This document shows positions 1-17,590 of a stretch of 64,000 nt of DNA, piece after piece. Below the pieces are notes generated by a model. It was not told the origin of the DNA. It did not search any database and was given only the letters and a program-made list of their open reading frames with translations. Location: NCBI RefSeq assembly GCF_009914755.1, contig NC_060935.1, one strand, 5' to 3'. Source of the stretch: the human T2T-CHM13v2.0 reference genome, Homo sapiens. Each line of letters begins with the position of its first letter. Position 1 is the first letter of the stretch. Position numbers and translations under genes: made by a program.

Positions 1-1092
1 AAAGAGTTTATTTGGGCTCTTTGGCTCAGGATAGGAGTGTACAGTTATAACCAACTAAGCCTTAAAGTTGAGCAGAAAGAGGAGAGTTGGTGGAGGTTGC
101 TGATTTCTCTCTCTAGTGATCTCTGCTTAATGCAAAAACTGCCATGAATAAATAGTTGAGACAGAAAAATTTAGACCTGAAAATAAGGTGTTAAAAAGTG
201 TATGTACTCTTTTTTTTTTTTAACATTTATTTAAGTAAATAGTTTGTTCTGTATTTTGCAGTCCTCCCACAAACACATTGTACTGTTAAAATGTTTTCTC
301 AAATTGTTTTCAATAGTGTCTCAGATGTGTGGTTACATTAATTGCATTCACTGGGTTATGATCTACTCCTGGCTGGATCTACTCAGCTGATGACGGTCTT
401 TACAGCACACTTCTGGTTAGACTGCTGTAGTTGAAAGGTGATTCCATCCCTTCTCCAAAGTATAATGGAGAAGGATTTGAAAAAGGGCAGAATGGGAAAA
501 TAAAGATATTTCGCTATTTTTTCTCTGGATCGAATCTCCATAGTTTTGCTGTTTTGTTTGAATTGTGTGGTTTCTCCTCATATCTAACAAAACTTATCTT
601 CAATTATAGACATGAATTTTAAAACAACTTTCTTTTCATTAGCGTGTGTTTTCAAGTTGGCAGTTCCTATAAATGTATTGACTGTTATCACACATATTTT
701 ATAGCAGTTGTGGTGGGTGTACCATACACAATAGGCAAAATGATGTTAGGTGAAACACAGGAAAACATTTTTTATTTGAAAGTATTTATTTTAGTGTGTC
801 AGGAAAACTTTAGCACATTAGCACTATGATTTGATAAATACTATTGTTTACAAGGAGCCTAAGTTAAATGAATTTAAGAAAAAATTAACAAGATGATAGT
901 ACTAGTACTCCTTAAACTTATAAATAATTCCAAAAATTAGCATGTGAGTAAAGTTTGCAAAACTTTGGTTTCCAATAATCATTTGTGCATAAAAGAAGTA
1001 ATGTTTGTCTGGGTTGTTTTTGTTTTATTTTTTGTTTTTTTTTTTTGGACTATTTTTACTAAGCTCTTTCTTCACTTCTTTTTAATGGGTAG

Positions 1093-1287
<195 letters not shown>

Positions 1288-1644
1288 TGACAGTCTACCA
1301 TTGCCTTTGCTAGGCCATTGAACAGATCTGGTTAATAGGTCAGTAAACTTCAAAAAAGTTTAATTCAGTAGAAAAAGTATTAGGAAACCCTGTTTACATA
1401 ATGATTTTTCTTTATAGAGTCTTCATTATTTCCTATCACGTGGTTAGTCAAGAGCACTCAACTTTATCTTCAAAGACCAAAGTTCATGCCCTATTCCTCC
1501 CTTTAACTCTTTACATTTAATTTAGATGGAAGATATGTTTATTTGGTAGAATATTTTATGTTTTATATTTATGTATGAAAAAATTACTGAACTGCTATTG
1601 AGTTACCTTTCAAAAATCTAATAATAATTTAATAGTCTAATAGA

Positions 1645-1850
1645 AAAAATCCTTTGGAAAAGTTAGGCAGATCTGGGTTCCTATGTGGTTCTACCACTTA
1701 TTTCGTTGTTAAGTTACCTAAGTAATCTGTACTTCAGACTATTCAGTTGCTTTAAGAAAAATGGGGATAATTCTGTTTCGATGACTCATTACATGGATTC
1801 ATGAGATATATGTGAAAATACCTACAATGTAGCCAGAAACGTTAGGTTAT
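1645..1850 (+). mobile_element. MIR SINE remnant
   Basis: gatctgggttc...ctaccactta...aaaatggggataat...atgagatatatgtgaaa resembles the MIR core. Confidence 0.6.
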
Positions 1851-2779
1851 TAAAATATAAAAAATTTTTCATCTCAAATAATTTATAAATGTTTATTTTT
1901 TTAAGATAACATTTACTGCTGTCAGGAGACTCAAATTGTTCATAAAATCTGCTCCTTATAGTATGAGTTTATATAGGTGGTATTAACATATTTATATTAT
2001 TTTAAAAATATATGGTTTTTAAAACTATGTCCTCAGAAGTTTACATTTTTATGGAAAATTGTATTGTCAGAATCTGTAAAATAGATTATAAGTCATGTTA
2101 ACATTGAGTCTTCTGCCTGATTCTTTTAAATATTTGGTTCAGATCGATATATTATACACAAGACTTCATGTCTTTACAGTTGTTTCAGTTCATTTTGATT
2201 CAGTGATTATTTTATATCCAAATAAGTTTAACAATGTACTTTGATGTTTTGAGGGAATCTTCTTTTAGTTGAAGTTGGTTTTATAATTTTTTAAAGTTTA
2301 AATATCCAGATTTAAGTTTAATTTAAATATCCAGATTAAAGTTTAAATATCACAAATAAAGATTTGTGACTTTGGAGCACTCATTATTTATTTAATTAAC
2401 AAAAAGCAAAATTTGATTCATTTCCCATGTATTTTCTAATTCTGCTTTTTAGTAATTGAAATTATTTTTGTCAATTGAAATTAGGCTAAAGGCTAACTCC
2501 TAGACTTTCCTTTTTGTTTTGATATTATTAATACATGAGAGTTGAAAAAAGACCATCTTGATTAATGAAAATTGATCAATCATCTATAAAGGAATTCCTA
2601 GAATAAATTGTCATGTCACCAGTATTAAATATATATTTCACATATATTTTCAGTGACTATCACATGAATCAAAATAGAGCAGATGTAAAACTCTACTGAA
2701 GATGTCAAAAGCTTGTGCATATTTGTGAACTCTAGAAAAGTTTATTGACTTTCATTGAAATGTTCTTTTTTTCTAGTTT

Positions 2780-3240
2780 ATTGGTCAGGGTTCTTAGTTT
2801 TCGACAACAGAATTTAAATCGGTTGGTTTAAACTGAGAGATTTGTTAGAGGGAATACAATAGTTTCCAGACACATTGGGAGACCTAAAGGAACAGACTGT
2901 ATTTTCAACTTCTAGAAACTTCTAGAACCACACCTTTGAACTGGCCTGCTACAGAGCTGCCTGTTTTAAACAGCCTAGCACTGTAGGTTCTATTTACCTT
3001 AATTCCCCTAGCCCACTCCGTGTTAGCCACCACTGACAACCCCAGATGAACAAAACCCTTTACTACCATCCTGGTTCCTGGTCCTCTGTCCTCCCAACCC
3101 AGGTAGGCCATGTTCTCCTTCCAAATCTTCATTCAGCATATCTGCTTGGTGAATCTAGGTCATGTGGGGCCCTAGCTGTCAGTAAGTTTTGGAAAGCAGT
3201 TTTAGCTACAGTTTTATACTACAGATCTGGAGTTTCATAA
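2780..3240. mobile_element. Old MaLR (MLT1-type) LTR remnant
   Basis: tcagggttcttagtt...caacagaa start and ctaggtcatgtg..ccctagctg...ggaaagcag segment resemble MLT1J/K/L. Confidence 0.5.
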
Positions 3241-3325
3241 CACATATATGGAATTGTTTTCTATTTCCTAGTATTTAGGATAGAGTACAAGAAGGTTTGT
3301 ATTAAATGAAACTGTATCCTTCCGT

Positions 3326-3404
3326 CATCTTAGTTTTATTCTGTATACTTAAAAGAGTAAAAAGAAACATCTTAGTTTTATTCTGTATACTTAAAAGAGT
3401 AAAA
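3326..3404 (+). repeat. Exact 37-bp direct duplication
   Basis: catcttagttttattctgtatacttaaaagagtaaaa at 3326-3362 and 3368-3404. Confidence 0.95.
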
Positions 3405-3899
3405 CAAAACAAGAAAAAAATTGGTAAAGTCTATTTAATTCAAAGATTGTAATTGAACTTTTAATATTGAAGAATCTAAGTATCAAATAGTTACTTGCTG
3501 CATTTGTCCCTGTACAAAGTTCCATAAGAAAAATGAATTGTAAGTAAACTGTTACATTATATCTATAAAGTACCTTTTATTTAGATTTGCATTTTTAGTC
3601 GCAACTTGCCTGAATGGTGTTTATGAAAAAGTTTGTTTGGAAATTAGGTGAGCCTAAGGTTTGCGAAGAAGGTGGCAGGAGGTTGGAGTGGAGTTACAGG
3701 TGTCTAGTTACTGCTGAATAACCTAGTTCCATAACTCACCTCAGGAAGAATGTATTGTTACAAACCATTTATTGGATGCATGCCAGGTACTGAAGATAAA
3801 ATATTTTAGTAGTTAGCATTGAATGTTAACTCTTCTGACATTATCCTTTAAAATTTAGTTAATATTATCAGAGGAAGGTAACGTACATCAACAGTCGTT

Positions 3900-4010
3900 G
3901 AACACTTGAATGTCAGACAATGTGCTAATCACTTTAAAAGCATTATTTAGTTCTCATAATAACCATTTGAGATGAGTACTCATATTATTCCCATCTTACT
4001 GGTGAAGGAA
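3900..4010 (-). mobile_element. MIR remnant
   Basis: tgtgctaatcacttta...ctcataataacc...tattattcccatcttact is a reverse MIR core. Confidence 0.55.
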
Positions 4011-4980
4011 AAAAATTACTGTTTTACTTGTGAAATAAAATCTCCTTACTCTTTCCTGACCCAAAAAACCTTCTTTGTGGGATTGTAGAAACTATTAAAA
4101 GAACTTAGAGAAACCTATGAATAAGATCTTACAGGGGTAGAAGAAAGCAGGCTTCGTGTTGCATTTGAAACAGATTTAACAATGTTTATTTTTGGCAAAT
4201 AGTCCAGCAGTTGGAATGAAGAGGGAAAGAGAATATGTATAATCAGAATTCACTCTTCTTAGAGACAGGCCTCACAGATTCATGTGATGAAATCAGTACC
4301 AGAGTTCATCCTCTTTGCAGCAGATAGGAAGTAGATCTTTGAAGTTTTTCTTTATCCTCTCAGAGTAAGCTTATACTTGTTTGGTTAAGCATCTACATTT
4401 CTTGGAAACCTCCTTCCCAGCATGCTAACTCTAACGTGAGCTTGACATATGTAAGATGTTGTGGCCTAATGCTTCTATTAGGTGTTCATTATTTGTGAAT
4501 CTTAACTATCCACCCATATTTACTTCGATTCTCTTGCTCTTTGGGATGGTATCAGCTCCTTACCCTCCCTCCTACAGACCTATCCATCTGGAGCTACTTA
4601 CGCAAGCATGGCCTCTTTGAATGGATTAGTCGCCCAGTTTATGTGGGAATAATCCATAACAAAAGTATTAAAAAGGATGAGTGCCTAATTGGAACTTTGT
4701 TTCCCCTTTATAGTTAGAAGAATTAGCGAAGATATTGAAAGTTTTTGAAAAAGCCTAGTAAAGGAATAAATAAAGTAACTGGGGAATAAGAGGAAGAGAT
4801 TGGGCTTTTTTAGATAGAGGGAAGAAGAAAGTATCTGAATTTGTACTGCTAAGTACAAACCTTCAGATATTAAATGCTTTTCTTCTTGTGTTGAAACTTG
4901 AATGCTTAGCTACTAATTAAAGTGGAGAATTTCTCTATTATAGTTAGCCCAGTTTAAATATATGTATGATATATGTATAA

Positions 4981-5433
<453 letters not shown>

Positions 5434-6173
5434 TGATAATGCTTTTAGATAGCTTCTTGAAGATTATTAGAACCTTTCATGAAAAACATTATCTTCTGCA
5501 GTCTTCTCCACCACCAAATACACACATCCCCATATGCCACAGACGAAGCTTCATGGCATTTTAATGTTTTACATTAACAGACTTTATATTTTAGGAATTT
5601 AACATGTGATATTTATATGTAAATGTCTTGAATCTTGAATCATCTATAATGATTGAAGGATAATTTTTCAATGAGTACTGGTACCACATAGCAGTTTTCT
5701 GAGCATTTCTTACTTTAGGATATTTTTGACAGTTTAGATAAAATTGTCATTGCTTTTACAATAGAGATGAAGTTTAGCTGGCTCCTGACGTTTCATCTAT
5801 CATATCAGCCTGCTTAACCTAGCCAAAAATGAACAATAAAGTCAGTGATTTTTGTGGAAAGTTTATAGGTGTTCAAAAGCAAAAGCGGTAAGACTATAAA
5901 ATTTAGAAGTCATATGTTTTATCTTGTGAGTTCTCGTTTATTTGTAATGTCATTTGTGTAATATTCGCTTACTCTGTATGCCAAGTGGCATTTATATTTT
6001 CATCTGTGTGTCTATAAGCTACTTAAAGGTATAGAAAGGTATGTTCGTTCATAATTCTAAGTATACATTAAATGATTTTGAATAATGCTTATTATAGAAC
6101 AAATGAGTTGTTTACCTTAAAAATGAAAATAGTTAAGATGGATTTATCAGATTACATGCTCACACAAATAAGA

Positions 6174-6381
6174 CAGGTTGAGTATCTCTTATACAAAATG
6201 CTTGCTTGGGCCCAGAAGTGTTTCAGATTTAGAAATTTTTTGGATTTTGGAATATTTCCATTTATGCATTCCTAATGCAGAAATCTGAAATCCAAAAGCA
6301 TTTCCTTTGAGCATCATGTCATCACCCAAAATTTTAGATTTTGGAGCATTTCAGGTTTTCAGATTATGAATATTCGACCTG
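6174..6381. mobile_element. Tigger4/MER46-type MITE
   Basis: Ends caggttgagtatc ... tattcgacctg(ta) form a degenerate terminal inverted repeat (TIR) pair; internal gcatttcctttgagcatcatgtc. Confidence 0.75.
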
Positions 6382-6871
6382 TAAAGGTTTTTATTTGATA
6401 TATCATCTCTTAATAGTTTTTATATCTTAATTTCAGCATTTTTTCTTTTATTCTACTTTTCTATTAGCATGTACCAGAATGACTGGTATAGCAATTTTCA
6501 GTTTTCACAAACATTCCTTAACATGTTTTTCCTAGGAATTTTTCTTTTACTACAGTTGTTAAAGATAAACATCTGAATTAAAAAAGAAGCAGACTTTTTT
6601 AATACAGTCATGTATCACTTAATGAGGGGGATATATGTGAAGAAGTGTATTGTTATGCAGTCTTGTCATTGTGCAAATATTATAGAATATACTTACAAAA
6701 ACCTAGATTATATAGCCTACTATACACCTAGGCTATATACTATAGCCTGTTGCTCCTAGGTTACAAACCTGTACAGCATGTTACTGTATTTACAACTATA
6801 GGCAATGACAACACAATGGTATTTATGTATCTAAGCATAGAAAAGGTACAGTAAAAATATGGTATTACAAT

Positions 6872-12118
<5,247 letters not shown>

Positions 12119-12284
12119 TAGTATTATAATCTTATGTGACCACCATTGTATATGCAGTCATTGACTGAAACATTGTTATGTGGCACATGACTCTGTTTTT
12201 ACTTAAAAAACCTCTTAAAGTCCTTTATTTTGGATTCTGTCAAACTTCATAAATTTGAATAGTGTCATGAGAGATACTTAATGT

Positions 12285-12599
12285 CTTTTTTTTTTTTTTT
12301 TTGAGACAGAGTCTAGCTCTGTCTTCTGGGCTGGAGTGCAGAGGTGCGATCTCTGCTCACTGCCACCTCAACCTCCCAGGCTCAAGGAAATTCTCCTGCC
12401 TCAGCCTCCCCAGTTGCTGGGATTACAGGCAGACGCCACCACGCCCAGCTAATTTTTCTATTTTAGTAGAGATGTATTTTGTATTTAGTAGAGATGGGAT
12501 TTCACCATATTGGCCAGGCTAGTCTTGAACTCCAGACCTCAGGTGATCTGCCCACCTCAGCCTCCCAAAGTGCTGGGATTACAGGCATGAGCCACCGCC
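12285..12599 (-). mobile_element. AluS with a short internal duplication in the linker
   Basis: Reverse Alu; tttagtagagatg occurs twice at ~12461-12498. Confidence 0.95.
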
Positions 12600-12698
12600 T
12601 TTTAAATCTTTACATTAACAGATTTAAACAAATATTAAATGCTGACTATGTGCCAAGTACTTGTCTATAAAGCAGGCACATAAAAACAAATAAAACAT

Positions 12699-12993
12699 GG
12701 CGGGGCACAGTGGCTCATGCCTGTAATTCTAGCACTTTGGGAGGCCGAGGCGAGTGGATCACCTCAGGTCAAGAGTTCAAGACCAGCCTGGCCAACGTGG
12801 TGAAACCTCATCTCTACTAAAAATACAAAAAATATTAGCCAGGCGTGATGGCAGGCGCCTGTAATCCCAGCTACTCAGGAGGCTGAGGCAGAAGAATTGC
12901 TTGAACCCAGGAGGCAGAGGTTGCAGTGAGCTAGATCACCCTATTGCACTCCAGTCTTGGCAATAGAGCAAAAACTCCATCTCAAAAACAAAA
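12699..12993 (+). mobile_element. AluS inserted in an L2 fragment
   Basis: Forward Alu dimer; aaaacat on both sides. Confidence 0.95.
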
Positions 12994-13925
12994 CATATTC
13001 TCTGCCCTGGAAAGGCACTTAAATGAAAGGAGGCAAGTACTATGAACATTTTAATATGAATGATGAACATTTTAATATGAATGTAAAGTTTTAGAGATAC
13101 ACCAAGCGTGGTGTGGTACTGGGTTTCTGGAGGAAAAATGTAGTTAATAAATTTTACGGCCAACATTCCATGAGGAAGTGAAAAACTTTGCCCCTCCCAA
13201 ACCCAAAATAAAGGAAAAGCTTGAAGTATGGTAGTCACTTCATAAGTTCCTTTGAGATAATTTTTTTCACCTACTTTTTAATTCATTATTTCTTTTTTAC
13301 ATTCTTTCTGCTGTTCATTTTTAGCCAATAAATATTTTTATTTCAGATATCTTTTAGTTGTACAATTTCTATTTTCATTTTTAGAGTTTTTTTTATCTCT
13401 TTAACCAGTTTGATCCATCTTTTTATCTGAATTCCTTGACATTTATAATCATTCTTTTAAGATGTAATTTGCTAATTCCCCAAGTGATCTGCGATTTTGC
13501 TTCTCTTCCCTTTTAAGGGTCACATTTTTCAGTTTGTTCTCATATTTTATGCTAGACATTGTATAAAAGAATAATACGGACTAGAGTAGGTAATATTTTC
13601 CCTTAGAAGAATATCTCCTAGCTAGCTAGCGGGAGGGGTCGATCCCTTTTGATTTCCCGTGTCTTAAGCACAAGATCAAGCCCTTCCCTGTGGCCAAGTT
13701 CTTGGGAAGACCATCAAAATAAAGCCGAGTTTATGGTTTATTACAGTAAGGATGACCACTACATTGACAGTCTTAATAGCATCTCAGAGGAAGGACGTGA
13801 GAATATTTATGAAATTCTCAGCAGGTCTTTCAGTGTGTGCATTGGAGGGAAAAGGTCCTGATTAGGATTTGGCATGAGTTGAGAACTGGTAGACACATCG
13901 AGGGGTGGGTTTTAAAGTGAGTCTT

Positions 13926-14197
13926 GGCCGGGTGTAGCAGCTCACGGCTGTAATCCCAGCACTTTTGGAGGCTGAGGCGGGCAGATCACCTGAGGTCAGG
14001 GGTTCAACACCAGCCCAGTCTCTACTAAAAATACAAAAATTAGCCAGGCATGGTGGTGCATGTCTATAGTCCTAGCTACTCGGGATGCTGAAGCAGGAGA
14101 ATCACTTGAACCTGGAGGTGAAGGTTCCAATGAGCCGACATAGCACCACTGCACTCCAGCCTGGGTGACAGAGCAAGATTCCGTCTCAAAAAAAAAA
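13926..14197 (+). mobile_element. AluS with a small deletion in the left monomer
   Basis: accagccc joined directly to agtctctactaaaaa. Confidence 0.93.
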
Positions 14198-15088
14198 AGA
14201 GTTGAAGAGTAAACAGCATAGTGAGTCATCTGTTCTTGACGGGAGGGTATTTACTCTCCTGAGGATTCATTGATATATCTGTTGTTCAAATAAATAGATT
14301 TTCTTGAGGTACCTGAAACAAATACCTTCTTCTTTCTAAGCAGTAGCTTCTGGAATAGCAGATAATTGAATAGTAATGTCGTATTAATAGAGATAGTGAA
14401 CTGTGTGGCCACAGAAGGTTTTGGCTTAGGAGAAACCCCCCCCCCCACTTCCTGTTTTGCAGCACAACCACCAGCTTCATCCACTCCAATAAGTAACGTG
14501 AGGGAGAATTGGTTTGAAGAGAGGACCAACTCTGCCTTTTGGATTTCTCCAAATTCCAGGGAACTATACTAGTGTACCAGTGCACTGGGCCTGGCTAGTG
14601 TTTCCTTGTCCCAGCAAAGTTCTTGTGACTGTGGCATTTTTGCTACTTTACCCACTACATGGGCCCTAGCATTGGGCAAACGCCCTCAGGTATGAAAGCA
14701 GCTGTTTTTGCTCAGCTAGGAAGAATTTATTCCCCTCTGGAGACAGTTATTTAGACCTATTTGCAAGTAAGACTCCTCTGTGGTTTTAATGAGAAATGTT
14801 TAGTCAGTCTAGTGTTTTCTTTTTGTTATGTTAGAGTGAGGGTCTTTTTTATGTTAGAGTGAGGGTCTTTTGCAACCTTCTACATCCTAATTAGAAGTCA
14901 TCCTTGGATAAATTGCTTTTTAAAGCCCAAACTGGAAAATAAATCTGGGCCTACATATTTAGAATTTTAGAAAGTTCAGAAATAAAGTTAGGAAAGGTAA
15001 ATGAAAGTAAACATAAGTTAGTGAAGTAAAGGTAAATTTCATGTTACCTTTCAGTTCTCAATTCAGTTCTTTGATGATCTACTTGATA

Positions 15089-15181
15089 GGAGTTGAAGGC
15101 TGCAGCAAGCAATGATTGTACCACTGCACTCCAGCCTGGGTGACAGAGTGAGAACCTGTCTCTTTAAAAAAAAAAAAAAAA
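15089..15181 (+). mobile_element. 5'-truncated AluJ-type 3' end with perfect TSD
   Basis: TSD ctacttgata at 15079-15088 and 15182-15191; poly(A) tail. Confidence 0.9.
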
Positions 15182-15969
15182 CTACTTGATAAATGATAGA
15201 GATATTTAAAAGGTACCAATATTTAGCTTTGGATGGAATCAAAACAAGTCTTTCAGTTACTGAGTTTTTTAAGGCTAATGCAATTGCTATTAAAAGAAAC
15301 TTTAAAATGTTTACAGTTCAAACCAGTGATCTCTTAGTCATAATACTCTGTTTTCATTTTACTTTTTAATTAAGCTTTAAATTTTTCTAATGGCTTAAGA
15401 AAAAACTTCAAGATTAGCCCATTTATTTGCAATTGTGTTCTTTAAATCTTATAATGCTTCTGGAAAATCTCTGACAGCAGAATCCTACTAATTCTAAGCT
15501 TATTTCTAGGTATTAAATTAGCTCTTAGTACTTTTTGTTGTAAGTTGACCTAATTTTGACCTTACAAAGCTAATCAGCTAACGAAACTAATTATTAAAAC
15601 AATTATTAAAACACATCTGTGCTGCTTAGAAATAGTAAGATTTGTCTTGAACTTGCATCATAGGTTTTAATGGGACATCTGGTGTATATTTTAATAGGCT
15701 TCATTAAGTAAATTTTATGTCTTGGGGGAGAACATTTCTCATTATGTGATCCCACCTCTACAGTTGGTTTTAGGCTCCTCCTTGTGAATGACCATGTGGT
15801 CTAAAGTATGGTCTTGAACTTTCTACTCTGCTCTGAAACCTGAACCTTTGTAGCTGGGCTTAGGTGGTGGTGCGAACATTTAAATCTCTTCGTTTATTCT
15901 CAGGAAACGTTCTTTGAGTAGTAGCATATGCTAGGAGCTGAGAGGTATTGGGAATGTAGTAACAAGCCA

Positions 15970-16930
15970 CACCCGATAGTTCCTCTATTCAGGAGGCATT
16001 AATAGTGGAAACATAATAAAATTCACCCTATTTGCATCACTACCTTTCAGTGGAAAAAATATTCACCCTATGGATATTAGATAATACTAAAGAATTATTG
16101 AATTATTGAACATTTGGTTACATGTGATAAGGGCATTCTAGTTATCTAAGAAAATGTCCGTCTTTTTACAGACGCAAACTGAATTTGGAGGGAAGAAATG
16201 ACATAATATAGGGTACTTGCTCAAGAGATTAGGTGAAGTATGTGTGCCGAATATAGGTTTGTCAGAGGTTCTCTAATTGTGTATGTTTGAAATTTTTGAT
16301 AGTATTTTTTTAAAGAATCTCACAACAATAAGAAACGCCTAAGAGTGACGAGGCAAAAGTACTGCACTGAGATAAAGATATTTCTGTATATCTCAGCCAC
16401 CTGCTATAGTTACCAAAGCTGAACACATGTTTACCCTGTGTCTTAACCATTTCCCTCCTGGATCCAGATACACACACAGAAATATGTTGACATGTTCACC
16501 AAAAAAAATGTTCAAGAATGTCCATTGCGGCCTTCCTCAGCCCCAAGCTAGAAAGTAGGATGGGTAAATGTGGTATATTTATGGAATAAAATAAAGCATT
16601 GAAAAAGAGATGAGCTTGGCAATATAGCACAACATGGATGAATTTCATGAACAGTTGATTTAAAAAGGGGGGAAAGGCTGGGCGCAGTGGTTTACACCTG
16701 TAATCCCAACATTTGGAAGGATCGCTTGAAGCCAGAAGTTCGAGATCCATCTGGTCATGGACATCAGAATAGTGGTTACAATTTGTGGGGTGACTTGATG
16801 GGAAAGGAGCATAAAAGAAGTCTCTGGAGTACTAGGAGTGGTCCGTATCTTGATCTGGGTAGTGGTTATACAAGTGTGTTCACCTTGAAAAAGTTCACTG
16901 AGCTGCATCCCAATGATTTGCTCACTTCTC
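15970..16930 (+). mobile_element. Ancient L1M(E) 3' fragments with a partial Alu monomer (16676-16750)
   Basis: gcacaacatggatgaatttca, cttgatctgggtagtggttataca L1M 3' motifs. Confidence 0.65.
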
Positions 16931-17049
16931 TGTGTGTGTATGTGTGTTCTATGTAAAACCAGTGGTTCTTGCGTTAGCTAGATATCTGTTTTTTTGCTTG
17001 TATATAGTACTTCAGTTGAAAAGTTGACCAAAGCCAAAAAATGTCTATC

Positions 17050-17590
17050 TGGTGGTCAGTAGTTTGATAGGTTCAAGGAGTTGAAAGAAGCCTAGGATGG
17101 CTGGGACATGTAGATCATAGTGCTAAGAGATGGAAAGCACCTTGTGCTATTTGGCCGTTTCAGTTGTGATGTTTTTTAAGTAGAGTGTTGTGATCAGAAG
17201 GGCCCTTTAGAAAGATTGTGGCTAGAATATGGAGAACAAAGAGGAGACCACCAGAGTGGATGTGGGAGGCCAATATGTAGGTTATTCTAGTAGCTTTGCA
17301 GTGACTTACACAAAGGCAGTTTTAGCGGACTTGTTCATGAGTTACCTAAGAGATAAAATTGACAGGACTTGAGAATGAGTTAGATGATGGGGAGTGAGGG
17401 CAATAACTCCCATTGCTCTCAGTATCAATGATGACTCCAAGGTTTCTTACACGTACAATTTGAAAAATTATGGTCCTGTCAAAGAAAATTGGAAGAGCAA
17501 ATTTAGAGGTGAGGATCAGATGCTCAATTATTAGTACGTTGAATTTCATACCTTTGAGTTATGTAAGTAGTGATATCCAGTAGGAAATTG
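17050..17590 (-). mobile_element. L2 fragment
   Basis: gatgactccaaggtttct, ttgacaggactt...ttagatg typical of reverse L2. Confidence 0.6.

Noticed and set aside
13640-14400. Possible old LTR around the Alu at 13926
   Set aside because: Looks repeat-like, but I could not assign a family or ends.
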